DNA from: an uncultured delta proteobacterium
GTDB taxonomy: Bacteria > Desulfobacterota > Syntrophobacteria > Syntrophobacterales > Syntrophobacteraceae
Length of the DNA: 64,000 nucleotides
NCBI GenBank assembly: GCA_963808625.1
Contig: CAWEHK010000050.1
Location: forward strand, 64,001 to 128,000
Direction: 5' to 3'
Positions 39,944 to 50,581 of this stretch are shown piece by piece. Both the position numbers and the translations under genes were made by a program. The stretch's first letter is position 1; each line of letters starts with the position of its first letter. Under the pieces are notes generated by a model. The model was not told the origin of the DNA and made no database searches. It saw nothing but the letters and a program-made list of their open reading frames with translations.

Positions 39944-40053
39944 ATTTCGGATGTCGGATTGCGGATTTCGGATTGCGGATTTCGGATTGCGGATTTCGGA
40001 TTGCGGATGGCGGATTTGAAGTGCAGGACAGTACCTCGATTTCGGATGGCGGA
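39943..40053. repeat. Heptamer array (GGATTTC/GGATTGC)n
   Basis: Begins at the stop codon. Confidence 0.85.
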
Positions 40054-41076
40054 TTGATAAGGCAGAACATCAGGAAAATATTCATTCGCTCGACGAATTG
40101 GATTGGTGATGCGGTCATGACCACCCCGGCCATGAGTAGAGTGAGAGCGGCATTTCCCCATGCGGAAATTGTTGTCGCCGCCAACCCGACGGTGGCGGAA
40201 CTGCTGGGTCATCACCCCGACTGTGATCGCCTTCTGATCTACGATAAAAAGGGGAAGCACCATGGACTGGGAGGACTCCTCCGCTTCTGCGGTGAAGTTC
40301 GAAAAGAACGCTTCGACCTGGCCATTCTTTTTCAGAACGCCATCGAAGCGGCCATCATGACCACGCTTGCCGGGATTCCCCGCCGCGCCGGGTACACCAC
40401 CGACTGCCGGGGCCTTCTGCTGACCCACAGGGTGCGAGGCTGGCGACGGGCGCGCCGGTTCCATCACACCGAGTACTATCTCAACATGCTGGCCGGGTTG
40501 GGAATTGAGGGCGGCAATGGCCGACTCCACCTGCGCTGTACCGAAGAAGAACTGGCGTGGGCCAGGGAGCGGCTTCCCGGCGACAGGTGGGTGGCGATCA
40601 ATCCCGGAGCGACCTATGGATCTGCCAAGCGCTGGTTCCCCGAGCGTTTTGCGGCGGTGGCGGATACCATTGCCGAGGAGTTTTCCACGCACATCCTTAT
40701 CATCGGGGGACCGAACGAAGGATTGATTGCCGAGGAAGTTGCTGCGAACATGCGCACGCAGCCTCTTAACCTTGCGGGAAAGACTTCGGTGCGGGAGCTG
40801 ATGGCCCTGCTTTCTCAATGCCGCCTGCTGGTGACCAATGACTCGGGACCGATGCACGTCGCGGCAGCCTTCGGCGTGCCGATTGTCGCCATCTTCGGGT
40901 CCACGGACCACACCACCACCTCTCCTTTGAGCTCATCCTGCCGGATTGTCCGGAAGCCAACCGCTTGCGCTCCCTGTTTGAAAACCACGTGCCCTACGGA
41001 CCATCGCTGCATGACCGCGATTTCCGCAGAAGATGTTGTGGAGGCCGCCCGCCTGCTACTAGGAGGTCAATCATGA
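40054..41076 (+). CDS. waaF: LPS heptosyltransferase II (GT9)
   Basis: NWIGDAVMTTP, INPGATYGSAKRW, TNDSGPMHVAAA. Confidence 0.88.
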   Translation: MIRQNIRKIFIRSTNWIGDAVMTTPAMSRVRAAFPHAEIVVAANPTVAELLGHHPDCDRLLIYDKKGKHHGLGGLLRFCGEVRKERFDLAILFQNAIEAAIMTTLAGIPRRAGYTTDCRGLLLTHRVRGWRRARRFHHTEYYLNMLAGLGIEGGNGRLHLRCTEEELAWARERLPGDRWVAINPGATYGSAKRWFPERFAAVADTIAEEFSTHILIIGGPNEGLIAEEVAANMRTQPLNLAGKTSVRELMALLSQCRLLVTNDSGPMHVAAAFGVPIVAIFGSTDHTTTSPLSSSCRIVRKPTACAPCLKTTCPTDHRCMTAISAEDVVEAARLLLGGQS

Positions 41077-41715
41077 ATTCCGACTCACCACCGTCCGTTT
41101 TGGCCCGACTGATAGAGAGCGTCTCGCGCTCCCGAACGGCAGACACGCGCAAATTTGCATACCTGCTTGCCGGCCTCCTGTTGATCATGGACAGCCGCTG
41201 GCCCAAGGATGGCTTTCTCAACGTTTTCCTGGAAACGCTCGGGTTGGTGCTGGTGGGGATAGGAGCTCTGGGCAGATTGTGGGCCTCGATGTATATCTCC
41301 GGATACAAGGACAAAGACCTGATCACCGAAGGGGCCTACTCGGTGGTGCGCAATCCCCTTTACGTTTTCAGCTTTTTGGGAGCAGTGGGGGTGGCCTGTG
41401 CCACCGGCAGTCTGTTGCTGATCGGTCTGCTCATTGTTGGATTTCTCATCTACTACCCCCTTACCATGGCCGATGAGGAGAAGAAACTTGCTGCCAAATA
41501 TGGCCAGGAGTACACCGAATATGCTGCGCCGGACGCCAAGGTTTCTCCCGAAGTTTTCGCTCTTTCACGAGGATGAAACGTACGTCGTCAATACCAGGAC
41601 CTATCGCCGTGCGTTCTTTGACGCCGTGTGGTTCATTTGGATCTACGCGCTCCTCCAACTAATCGGTGCGCTGCATGCCAGCGGGGTCTTGCCTACCCTG
41701 TTCCGCATTCCATGA
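41073..41715 (+). CDS. ICMT/PEMT-family membrane methyltransferase, frameshifted near 41525
   Basis: LITEGAYSVVRNPLY, EEKKL..KYGQEY..Y...TPRFLP; ATGA overlap with waaF. Confidence 0.82.
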
Positions 41716-41738
41716 GAGCTGAACAACTGTGTTCTTAG

Positions 41739-41816
41739 CGCCACCCCCGCATGTTTCTGCGGGGGTCGAATCCCCAAGGACACCGGGATTCCCGCCAAAA
41801 GCAAACCGGAATGACG
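41739..41816. repeat. Degenerate CGTC-type REP doublet
   Basis: GGGATTCCCGCCAAAAGCAAACCGGAATGACG end. Confidence 0.55.
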
Positions 41817-41955
41817 TAGCGGGGTCTTGCGAGGTGAAGCAGCGAACGAGTATTTACAAGGCTCTGAAGGCGTATAGCACCAAGATCCAACAGTCAATAT
41901 CCAAGATGCTATCAGCCGGCAGCCGGGACTAAGAGCTAAGAGCTAGGAGTCAGAG

Positions 41956-43698
41956 GTGAATCAGCAAATGAATATCTACCGGAGCATGTACCAATTGATC
42001 AGGCTCCACCGGGGGCGGATGGCGGTGGCCATGGTGTGTATGCTGGGAGTCGCCGCCTGCACGGCTGCTTCCGCTTATCTGATCAAGCCGGTGCTGGACG
42101 ACATATTCATCAACAAGAACGTCGACATGTTGAAGATGCTGCCCCTCCTGGTGCTCCTCGTTTTCCTCGTGAAGGGCCTGTGCTCCTGGTGCCAGGGTTA
42201 CCTCATGAGCCACGTGGGCAACAAGATCGTCATAGACCTGCGGCAGCAACTCTATGACCATCTGCACGCGCTTTCCCTGTCCTTTTTCGACCGCACCCCG
42301 ACGGGGATCCTGATGTCCCGCATCACCAATGATGTCGCTCAAATTCAGACTGCCGTCCGGGACTGCATCACCGGTATGCTGCGGGACGCCATCAGCGTGG
42401 TGGGGCTGGTCGGGGTAGTATTCTACCGCGACTGGCAATTGGCTATCATTGCCGTAATGATTTTGCCCTTCGCCTTTCTGCCCATCGTCAAATTCGGGCG
42501 CAAGCTTCGCACCATCAGCACCAAGAGCCTGGAGGCGATGGGTGATATTTCGGTAATCCTCCATGAAACCATCGGCGGCAACCGCATTGTGAAAGCCTTC
42601 TGCATGGAAGAGTACGAGAAGCGCCGCTTTGCCGCAGAGAACATGCGCTCCTTTGATTACGCCATGGGGACGGCCTTCGTGAACACCCTCTCGTCGCCTC
42701 TCATGGAGTTCTTTGGAGGGCTCGGGATCGTTGCCATCATCTGGTATGGGGGCTACAGCGTCATTCAGGGGATTTCGACTCCCGGCAATTTCTTCTCCTT
42801 CCTTGCCGCGCTGATCCTTCTCTACGAACCGGTGAAACGCCTGAGCGGCATGAACAATACGCTGCAGCAGGGTATTGCCGCAGCCTATCGGGTCTACGAG
42901 ATCCTCAACACCCCCTCGGAAATCATTGACAAGCCCGGCGCGGTCCGGCTCCCGCCCATTTCCCGTGACCTCGAGTTCCGGCACGTCGACTTTCATTACG
43001 GGGATGAGCCGGTGTTGAAAGACATTCACTTCCGGGTTGGCGCCGGTGAGGCCATCGCCATCGTGGGCGTGTCCGGTGCTGGTAAGACCACCCTGGTTAA
43101 CCTTATCCCGCGTTTTTACGACGTCACCGGAGGGGCGATTCTGATCGACGGGGTGGATATCCGGGAGGTAACCATCGCCTCCCTGCGGGCCCAAATCGGC
43201 ATCGTCACCCAACAGACGATTCTCTTCGATGACACCGTGCGCAATAATATTGCCTACGGGGACATTCACAAAAGCGAGCACGACATCATCGAGGCCGCCC
43301 GAGCGGCCAACGCCTTCGATTTCATCTCCCGGCTTCCCCAGGGCTTCGATACGAGGATCGGCGAGCAGGGGGGCCTCCTTTCCGGTGGCGAACGCCAGCG
43401 CCTCTGCATCGCCCGGGCGCTGCTCAAGAATGCGCCGATCCTGATCCTGGATGAAGCCACCTCGTCCCTGGACAGTGAGTCGGAGCTGGAGGTCCAGAAG
43501 GCCCTCGAAAATCTCATGACCGGACGCACCACCCTCGTCATTGCGCACCGTCTCTCCACCATCAAGAACGCCGATCGTATTGTCGCCCTCGCTCACGGGC
43601 ACATTGTCGAGGAAGGCCGGCACGATGAACTGCTGCAAACCAACAGCGAATACCGCCGCCTTTATGAATTGCAGTTTTCACAGTTCGAGGTGAGTTAA
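41956..43698 (+). CDS. msbA: Lipid A export ABC transporter MsbA
   Basis: TMD plus NBD; GVSGAGKTT, LSGGERQR, DEATSSLD; LPS context. Confidence 0.88.
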   Translation: MNQQMNIYRSMYQLIRLHRGRMAVAMVCMLGVAACTAASAYLIKPVLDDIFINKNVDMLKMLPLLVLLVFLVKGLCSWCQGYLMSHVGNKIVIDLRQQLYDHLHALSLSFFDRTPTGILMSRITNDVAQIQTAVRDCITGMLRDAISVVGLVGVVFYRDWQLAIIAVMILPFAFLPIVKFGRKLRTISTKSLEAMGDISVILHETIGGNRIVKAFCMEEYEKRRFAAENMRSFDYAMGTAFVNTLSSPLMEFFGGLGIVAIIWYGGYSVIQGISTPGNFFSFLAALILLYEPVKRLSGMNNTLQQGIAAAYRVYEILNTPSEIIDKPGAVRLPPISRDLEFRHVDFHYGDEPVLKDIHFRVGAGEAIAIVGVSGAGKTTLVNLIPRFYDVTGGAILIDGVDIREVTIASLRAQIGIVTQQTILFDDTVRNNIAYGDIHKSEHDIIEAARAANAFDFISRLPQGFDTRIGEQGGLLSGGERQRLCIARALLKNAPILILDEATSSLDSESELEVQKALENLMTGRTTLVIAHRLSTIKNADRIVALAHGHIVEEGRHDELLQTNSEYRRLYELQFSQFEVS

Positions 43699-43718
43699 GT
43701 GTCGGTGGCTAGTGGCTA

Positions 43719-44603
43719 GTGGTTAGTGGTCGGATTATAGCATTGGGTTGCTTTATGATTTCTCATAGGATCATCTGGAAGCTGGCCAATGGTCTGGGAC
43801 GCTTCTGGCACCGCCTGGACCGCCGGCATCGCCGGATTGCAGAACGAAATCTCGATCTTGCTTTCGGTGATGAATTGAGTCGCGAGGCCAAAGAGGCTAT
43901 TTGCCTCAACACCTTCATTCATCTCGCCTGTGTCTGCCTTGAGTTGCCGCTGCTGTTCAGACTCAACAACGACAACCTCGACCGGTACATTACTTTTTCG
44001 GGAACGGAACATCTCTTTCCGATCCTGGAGAAGGGCAAAGGGATCCTGGTCATGGCCTCCCACTTTGGGAACTGGGAGCTTATGGCACTTGCCATTTCCA
44101 TGCGCTATCGGCCGTATTATGTGGTCATGAGACCGCTTGACAATCGCCGCCTGGACGATTGGGTGGTGCGGATGCGCACGCGCGGCGGCAATCAACCCCT
44201 TACCAAGGCGGATTCCGCTCGGCTCATCATCCGGCTGCTGAGGCGGGGGGAAGCGGTGGCCCTTCTGATCGATCAGAACGTGGATTGGTACGAAGGGGTA
44301 TTTGTCCCCTTTTTCAAAGAAATCGCCTGTACGACCAAAGCCCTTGCCACCCTGGCCCTGCGAACCGACTCCCTGGTCCTGTCGGCCTACAATTATCGGG
44401 AACCCGATGGCCGCTACCACACGGTTTTCCAGCCGGAAGTCGAACTTATCCGCTCGGGGGACAGGGCCGCCGATATCGAACGGAACACCGCCCATTTTAA
44501 CAAGATCATCGAAGGCTATGTCCGCGAACATCCCGAACAATGGTTCTGGTTGCATCAGCGCTGGAAAACCCGCCCTTCACGCGCATTGTTGGGGAGGTTA
44601 TAG
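43719..44603 (+). CDS. Lipid A late acyltransferase (LpxL/HtrB family)
   Basis: SHFGNWE, LLIDQ, VFVPFF, PEQWFWLHQRWK. Confidence 0.9.
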   Translation: MVSGRIIALGCFMISHRIIWKLANGLGRFWHRLDRRHRRIAERNLDLAFGDELSREAKEAICLNTFIHLACVCLELPLLFRLNNDNLDRYITFSGTEHLFPILEKGKGILVMASHFGNWELMALAISMRYRPYYVVMRPLDNRRLDDWVVRMRTRGGNQPLTKADSARLIIRLLRRGEAVALLIDQNVDWYEGVFVPFFKEIACTTKALATLALRTDSLVLSAYNYREPDGRYHTVFQPEVELIRSGDRAADIERNTAHFNKIIEGYVREHPEQWFWLHQRWKTRPSRALLGRL

Positions 44604-44608
44604 GAACC

Positions 44609-45808
44609 GTGCTGCAACGGATCATCAGCACCGATCCCGGCATCCCTTTTCGGATCGGGTATCTCGAGTGGGCTCAATCCTGCTGCCGATCCTCGGCTTT
44701 CTGGCACCGCTTTCGGGTCCTGCGGGAACGGCCGTTGCCGTGGTCATGGTCCTGCTATTTTTTCTCCGTGGCAACCTCGGCACCTATTTGCGGCAGATTC
44801 TGTGCCAACAAAATCGTGCTTGCGGTTCTCGTCTTTTTTGTTCTGCACCTGATCGGTCTGTTCTGGACCGAGGACATCCGGTCCGGCCTGCGTGCTGTGA
44901 ACAAGCAATGGCGACTGCTCCTGATCCCGATGCTCATGGTCTTTGTCCGGAAGGACCACACGCAGCTCTATATCGACTCATTTATCGGCGGCATGACCAT
45001 CGTCCACCTGGTTTCCTATCTCCATCGTTTCCAGGTGATAAGCTTTGAGATCATGGACCGGATCTCCTACAATCCCCTGCTCGCCTGGTGCCTTTACCTT
45101 CTTGGCTACACTCTCCTCTTCACTGAAACCCCGAGATGGAAGCGGCTTCTTTACCGTATTCTGCTCCTGTCAATGACCGTAAGCATGTTCATTACCCAGG
45201 GCCGAACCGGTCAGGTGGCTTTTGTTGCCATGCTGCTCCTGATCACCTTTCAATCCTTTGGCCGAAAACGATTAAAGGCCCTCGCCACTTCGCAGATTAT
45301 CCTCGTGGCTGTTTTTATGCTCTCCTACACCTATAGCAGTGTCTTTAAACAGCGCATCAATGGAGCGATCAATGAGGTGCGATCCTTCGAAATGAATCGA
45401 GTATCACCGGAAGGGAACGACCGGATCACGTTCTGGTTGAACACCCTGGAGATTATCAAGGAACATCCCCTCTTCGGAGTGGGAACAGGTGACTTTACCA
45501 TCGAATACGGGAGGGTCAATCTGGCTCGATCCCCTGACGTTTACTATACGGATGATCCCCATAACGGGTACCTGCTGGTGATGACCCAGTTCGGCATTTT
45601 CGGACTGGCCGCGCTCCTGGCACTTTTCGCCTTCCAAATCAAATGTGCCATGGGTACACACAGTGGCCTCAAACACCTGAGGTTGGCCCTCCCCATCTTT
45701 TTCATGGTCATTTCGCTTTTTGGGACCTACCTGTTAGGTCATTTTACATCGATAACATTTGCTTATTTCAGCAGTGTTTTGTACAGGGATTGTGATGGCG
45801 TTTCGTAA
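44609..45808 (+). CDS. O-antigen ligase family protein (probable compensating frameshifts around 44670-44800)
   Basis: Multi-TM; TQGRTG, R..FW...HPLFGVGTG, PHNGYL. Confidence 0.82.
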   Translation: MLQRIISTDPGIPFRIGYLEWAQSCCRSSAFWHRFRVLRERPLPWSWSCYFFSVATSAPICGRFCANKIVLAVLVFFVLHLIGLFWTEDIRSGLRAVNKQWRLLLIPMLMVFVRKDHTQLYIDSFIGGMTIVHLVSYLHRFQVISFEIMDRISYNPLLAWCLYLLGYTLLFTETPRWKRLLYRILLLSMTVSMFITQGRTGQVAFVAMLLLITFQSFGRKRLKALATSQIILVAVFMLSYTYSSVFKQRINGAINEVRSFEMNRVSPEGNDRITFWLNTLEIIKEHPLFGVGTGDFTIEYGRVNLARSPDVYYTDDPHNGYLLVMTQFGIFGLAALLALFAFQIKCAMGTHSGLKHLRLALPIFFMVISLFGTYLLGHFTSITFAYFSSVLYRDCDGVS

Positions 45809-46883
45809 GATATTAGTTATTATCATGCGATCAAATGGAGATGTCTATTTATCCTTACCCCTTCTCAACACCTTAAGAGAACGCTATCCCAAGGCCCAGA
45901 TAGACTTGCTGGTTTTTGACACAACCAAAGAAACCGCAGCGGCACTCAATTGTGCCGACAACATCTATACCTATAGCTATACCTGGAAGTCCGGCGGCAA
46001 ACTCAAATATCTACAGAAACAGTTTCAGTTTATACAAAATATCTTCAAACGATATGATTTGAGCATATCGCTTACTGCCAGCGACAGGAGCAACCTATAT
46101 TCCATAGTATCGGGAAAGGTATCCATAGGATGCTACGATAATCCCCTTTCCAGTTCCTGGTGGAAAAGGCTCTTTTTGGACCACGGTTACTTGTTTGACC
46201 AGAACGATCACATTGTTCAAAATAATCTTCAACCCCTGAAGGTTTTGGGCATCCCACTGAGTCATATCCAGGTAAAAGGGAAGGTTCCCGATTCAGCAAA
46301 AACAAGAGTTGCGACGCTCTTGTCTTCTCATGGCATAAAGGACTTTCTCATCTTTCACCCCTCCACCCAGTATGAATATAAGATCTATCCCGAGGACCTC
46401 AGGAACGAGCTCCTCCTCAAACTTGATGCTCTCGGGATTGCGATAGTCGTTACCGGAGGGACGACCCCCCTCGACGAAAAGATCGCCCGCCACCTGCCGC
46501 CACTCCAACATGTCCATAACTTCATTGGCAAAACCAGTCTCGAGGAGTACATGGCCCTTGCTTTCCATGCCCGTGCTTACATCGGCATGGATACGTTGAA
46601 CATGCACATTGCTGCCTCTTTCAACAAGAAGACCTTTGCCATTTTCGGACCGACCTTGATTCACCGATGGTCACCCTGGTCGAACGAAACCGGAGGTGCC
46701 ACCAGGGTAAGCAAAGGGGTGCAGCACTACGGGAATGTGACCGTTTTTCAGGCGGATTTGCCCTGCGTTCCCTGCGGCCTGCAAGGATGCCGCGATGATT
46801 TTGGCGTCAGTGAGTGCCTGCAGCGCATTGATCCGTCGGTCATTTTTGAGGAGGTCAAGAAATGGCTCTCGACATCAGCGTGA
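45795..46883 (+). CDS. GT9 heptosyltransferase-like protein
   Basis: RSNGDV..SLP, FHP, IGMDTLNMHIAA, FGPT. Confidence 0.85.
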   Translation: MAFRKILVIIMRSNGDVYLSLPLLNTLRERYPKAQIDLLVFDTTKETAAALNCADNIYTYSYTWKSGGKLKYLQKQFQFIQNIFKRYDLSISLTASDRSNLYSIVSGKVSIGCYDNPLSSSWWKRLFLDHGYLFDQNDHIVQNNLQPLKVLGIPLSHIQVKGKVPDSAKTRVATLLSSHGIKDFLIFHPSTQYEYKIYPEDLRNELLLKLDALGIAIVVTGGTTPLDEKIARHLPPLQHVHNFIGKTSLEEYMALAFHARAYIGMDTLNMHIAASFNKKTFAIFGPTLIHRWSPWSNETGGATRVSKGVQHYGNVTVFQADLPCVPCGLQGCRDDFGVSECLQRIDPSVIFEEVKKWLSTSA

Positions 46884-47611
46884 CGGTCCTCACCAAAAAC
46901 AGCGAACGATACCTTTACGACTGCCTGCATGGCCTGAGAGAATTCGATGATATCGTCATCCTGGACAATGGTTCCACCGATAGATCGCTCGAAATCGCCG
47001 CACAATTTGCCAACGTCACCGTCTTTCGGTCTGATTTCATTGGTTTCGGACCACTCAAAAATCGAGCGGCAGGTCATGCTCGCCATGACTGGGTCCTGAA
47101 TATCGATAGCGACGAGATCGTCTCGGGGGAGTTGCTTGAGGAAATCAGGAGCTTAGCACGGGAGGCCAACACACTTTATGCCATCCCCAGGCAGAACTTT
47201 TACCGTGATAAGCTGATCAAATGCTGCGGGTGGCACCCGGACCGGGTCCTTCGTCTCTACCACAAGCAGACGACCCAGTTCAGTGAAACGCTCGTCCATG
47301 AAAGTCTCGCTCAGGCCGGGGAAAAAAGGGTTGTCCGTTTAAAGCATCCGCTTAAGCACCACCCTTTTGACAACGCCTCTGAACTCCTCCAAAAGATGCA
47401 ACGATACTCCGAACTGTATGCCAAGGAAAACCGGGGAAGGAAGAAGAGCGGCCCGTTTCGGGCACTTTTCCACGCGCTTTTCAGTTTCTTTCAAAACTAC
47501 ATCCTGCAACGCGGCTTTTTGTATGGATATGAAGGTTTCATCATCTCGGTTTCGAACGCCAACGGCGTCTTCTATAAATATATCATGCTTTACGAAGAGT
47601 CGAAAAAGTGA
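46862..47611 (+). CDS. GT2 glycosyltransferase (WaaE/KdtX-like)
   Basis: LDNGSTD, GFGPLKN, WVLNIDSDE, VHES. Confidence 0.88.
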   Translation: MALDISVTVLTKNSERYLYDCLHGLREFDDIVILDNGSTDRSLEIAAQFANVTVFRSDFIGFGPLKNRAAGHARHDWVLNIDSDEIVSGELLEEIRSLAREANTLYAIPRQNFYRDKLIKCCGWHPDRVLRLYHKQTTQFSETLVHESLAQAGEKRVVRLKHPLKHHPFDNASELLQKMQRYSELYAKENRGRKKSGPFRALFHALFSFFQNYILQRGFLYGYEGFIISVSNANGVFYKYIMLYEESKK

Positions 47612-48432
47612 CCGTGTCGCTTATCATCAGCACTTATAATTGGAAGGAGGCGCTTGAGCTGTCAATCTTGAGCGCTTTACGGCAAACCTGCATGCCGGAT
47701 GAGATGATCATCGCTGACGACGGCTCCCGAGAAGATACCAGGCGCCTGATCGACCGTATGGCAAGCGGCTCACCCGTTCCCCTTCTTCATGTCTGGCAGG
47801 AGGATAAAGGGTTTCGCGCGGCACGGATCAGGAACGAGGCGATCAGCAAGGCAACCGGCGAATGCATCATTCTGGTCGACGGGGATATCATCCTCCACCC
47901 CAGATTCATCGCCGATCACAAAGATGCTGCACGGTTTCACTTCTTCTCACAAGGGTCCAGAGTGCTCTTAACCCAGACGAAGACGACCCGCGTCCTGCAG
48001 GAGAAGCAACTGGATTTTGCCGTTTTTGAGTCCGGCCTTGAAAACCGCAAGAACACGATCCACTCGGCCATGCTCTCGCGACTGGTCTCCCATCGGAGCG
48101 TGACACTGAAGGGCATCAGGACCTGTAATTTTGCTTTCTGGCGGAGCGACGGCATCGCCGTAAACGGTTTCAATGAAGACTTTGAAGGATGGGGACGGGA
48201 GGACAGTGAATTTGCCGTGCGCCTGATGAACCGTGGCGTGAGGAGGCAGAATATCAGGTTCAGAGCTCTGGCCTATCACCTCTTCCACCGGGAGCACCCG
48301 AGGGGTTCCCTGGAGCGGAACGACGGGCTCCTCGCAGAGGCCGTGAAAAACCGGGCAACCTGGTGTCTGAGAGGGTTGGATGGGCATCTCAAATGTCGCT
48401 TCCGCGGCAACCACACAGTAACTACTCAATAA
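47608..48432 (+). CDS. GT2 glycosyltransferase
   Basis: IADDGS, VWQEDKGFR, DGD, GFNEDFEGWGREDSE. Confidence 0.88.
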   Translation: MTVSLIISTYNWKEALELSILSALRQTCMPDEMIIADDGSREDTRRLIDRMASGSPVPLLHVWQEDKGFRAARIRNEAISKATGECIILVDGDIILHPRFIADHKDAARFHFFSQGSRVLLTQTKTTRVLQEKQLDFAVFESGLENRKNTIHSAMLSRLVSHRSVTLKGIRTCNFAFWRSDGIAVNGFNEDFEGWGREDSEFAVRLMNRGVRRQNIRFRALAYHLFHREHPRGSLERNDGLLAEAVKNRATWCLRGLDGHLKCRFRGNHTVTTQ

Positions 48433-48736
48433 CCACTGGGTCCAAACCAACCTTCACCTTGAGTAAGGACCACCACATGACGAGATTGCCAGCCGCACAT
48501 GTCGAATTCGCCTGACATATAGTTCCAGCTCCGACCACAATAGGTGTGTGGAACTTTCGCGCGTTTTGAAGATCTTATTATGGACAGTTCAGACTGCGGT
48601 ATTGTATTATTATGCTTTCGAGAAATCCAAAAACTGAGGTTTACGCAACCTCTCCCTTTATGGTTTTTCTTCAGCTGTTGTCACAGGTGGGAACAAAGTC
48701 GAAAGGTTTATCGACAGATTGTGAGCATTGAGATTG

Positions 48737-49483
48737 ATGGTAAGAACTGATCAAGAGGGGCAGCCTTTTCTCTCCGTCACCGCGCCCGTGTTCAACGAGC
48801 AGGACAATATCGAGAAGGTCCTGATATACTGGAACGAGGTGCTCGACGACCTCGAGCTTTCCACCGAGATCGTCCTGACCAATGACGGCTCCACCGATGA
48901 CACCCCGCAAATCCTGGCGCGCTTAAAGGCTGCCATGCCGCGCCTGGTCGTGGTAACGCACGAACGCAACCACGGTTACGGCAAGGCCCTGACCGACGCC
49001 ATTCAGCACTCGCGGGGTAAGTGGGTGGTCACCATCGACTCGGACGGGCAATTCGATCTCAAGGATTGCATCCCTTTGCTCCGCACGGCCCTCTCCGACA
49101 ATCTCGACGGGGTCACCGGCTACCGCACCAAGAAGAAGGACACCTTGTTTCGGGTTTTCGCGGACAGGGTCCTCAATTGGATTGTGCGCCTTGTTTTTGG
49201 CGTCAGCTACCGAGATACCAACTGCGCTCTAAAAGTGATCAAGGGTGATTTTCTGCGGCAGATCAACATCGAAGCCAGAGGGTATCCAGCGCCGACCGAG
49301 GTCTGCATAAAGCTGACGAGACTGGGTGCAGCGCTCGGTGAAGCCGGGGTTTCCCACGCCGAAAGGGCCGGCGGCCTGTCCAAGCTCCGCCCGTTCCAGA
49401 CGGGCGTTAATTTCTTAAAGTTCCTGACTTATCTCAAGTTCAAAATCTATCTCTACAACCAGAAGGTCATCCACAGTCTTTAG
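48737..49483 (+). CDS. Polyprenol-phosphate glycosyltransferase (GT2, DPM1/ArnC-like)
   Basis: PVFNE, NDGSTDDT, NHGYGKAL, IDSDGQ, DTNCALK. Confidence 0.85.
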   Translation: MVRTDQEGQPFLSVTAPVFNEQDNIEKVLIYWNEVLDDLELSTEIVLTNDGSTDDTPQILARLKAAMPRLVVVTHERNHGYGKALTDAIQHSRGKWVVTIDSDGQFDLKDCIPLLRTALSDNLDGVTGYRTKKKDTLFRVFADRVLNWIVRLVFGVSYRDTNCALKVIKGDFLRQINIEARGYPAPTEVCIKLTRLGAALGEAGVSHAERAGGLSKLRPFQTGVNFLKFLTYLKFKIYLYNQKVIHSL

Positions 49484-49491
49484 GAGTAACC

Positions 49492-50477
49492 ATGCAGCTG
49501 AAGGGCGTCATTCTCGCCGCCGGCAAAGGCACCCGCATCTACCCGTTCAGCGAAGAGCACCCCAAGCCCATTCTACCCATCGCGAATAAGCCGCTCATGC
49601 AATACCAGATCGAGCTGATGGCATCGCTTGGGATCAAGGACGTAATCGTCGTCATCGGTCATCTGGGCTTTGAGATCGTGAGGAGAATCGGGCAGGGGAA
49701 GGAATATGGACTTCGGATCCACTATGTGGAGCAGAAGACCACCCTTGGCATTGCTCACGCGGTAGGCACCCTGGAGAGTCTCGTCGACGGTCCGTTCATG
49801 TTGTTCCTGGGTGATATCTATTTTATCACCAATTCCCTCGGTGACATGGTCGAAATCATGGCCCGCGAGCGTTTGCAGGGGGTACTGGCGACCAGGATCG
49901 AGGAGGATACGGACAAGATCAAGCGGAATTTTGCCGTGATTCTTGACGGCGACGGCCTGGTGAAGCGCGTCATTGAAAAGCCGCAGTATCCTCAAAACAA
50001 CCTCAAAGGCTGCGGCATTTACCTTTTCAGCCCGCAGATCTTCGACGCTATCCGACGCACGCCGAGGACCGCCATGAGGGATGAGTACGAGATCACCGAC
50101 GCCATCCAGATCCTGATCGACGACGGGGGACGAGTGAGGAGCATGAACGTCATCGAAAGGGACATGAACCTCACCTACCCGCAGGACCTCCTGGAACTGA
50201 ACCTCTACGAAATAGCAAGGCAAAATGCAGTGAACATTCTGGGGACGAACACGAAGATTGCTCCAACAGCGGCGATCCGCAACTGCGTCATCGGCAACGA
50301 AGTCCAGATTGGTGAGAGTGTGCACCTGGAAAGCTGTGTCGTCTTTGACGGGGTAGCCGTGGAAGCAGGCGAAGAGTTATGTCAATGCCATCCTGACCCA
50401 GGAGCGGGTTATTTTCGGACATTGAGGTGCGAAAAAGACTACATACTGGGGCCGCAAGGTATGGGGCACGTTTTTGA
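49492..50477 (+). CDS. Sugar-1-phosphate nucleotidyltransferase (long form), probable C-terminal frameshift near 50380
   Basis: GVILAAGKGTR, PKP, EKP, EYEITDAIQ, hexapeptide-like tail. The ORF-track end at 50562 runs through a REP. Confidence 0.85.
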
Positions 50478-50492
50478 GCTTGCTCTGATTGG

Positions 50493-50520
50493 TTTGGCAG
50501 GCTGGAAAGCCTGCTCCACA
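50493..50520. repeat. REP-like palindrome (copy of 11837)
   Basis: TTTGGCAGGCTGGAAAGCCTGCTCCACA. Confidence 0.7.
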
Positions 50521-50581
50521 CGAAGGCGGGGAACCGACAGGGATGAGCCTTTTTTCGGGTAGATGCTGAGGACTGGTAAGC

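Noticed and set aside
41950..43638. Long antisense ORFs (also 27315-28595, 29677-30954, 35096-36388)
   Set aside because: They are shadows of well-supported genes, caused by high-GC codon bias.
50478..50562. C-terminal extension of the nucleotidyltransferase in the ORF track
   Set aside because: It runs through a REP hairpin. A frameshift near 50380 gives a more plausible end at 50477.
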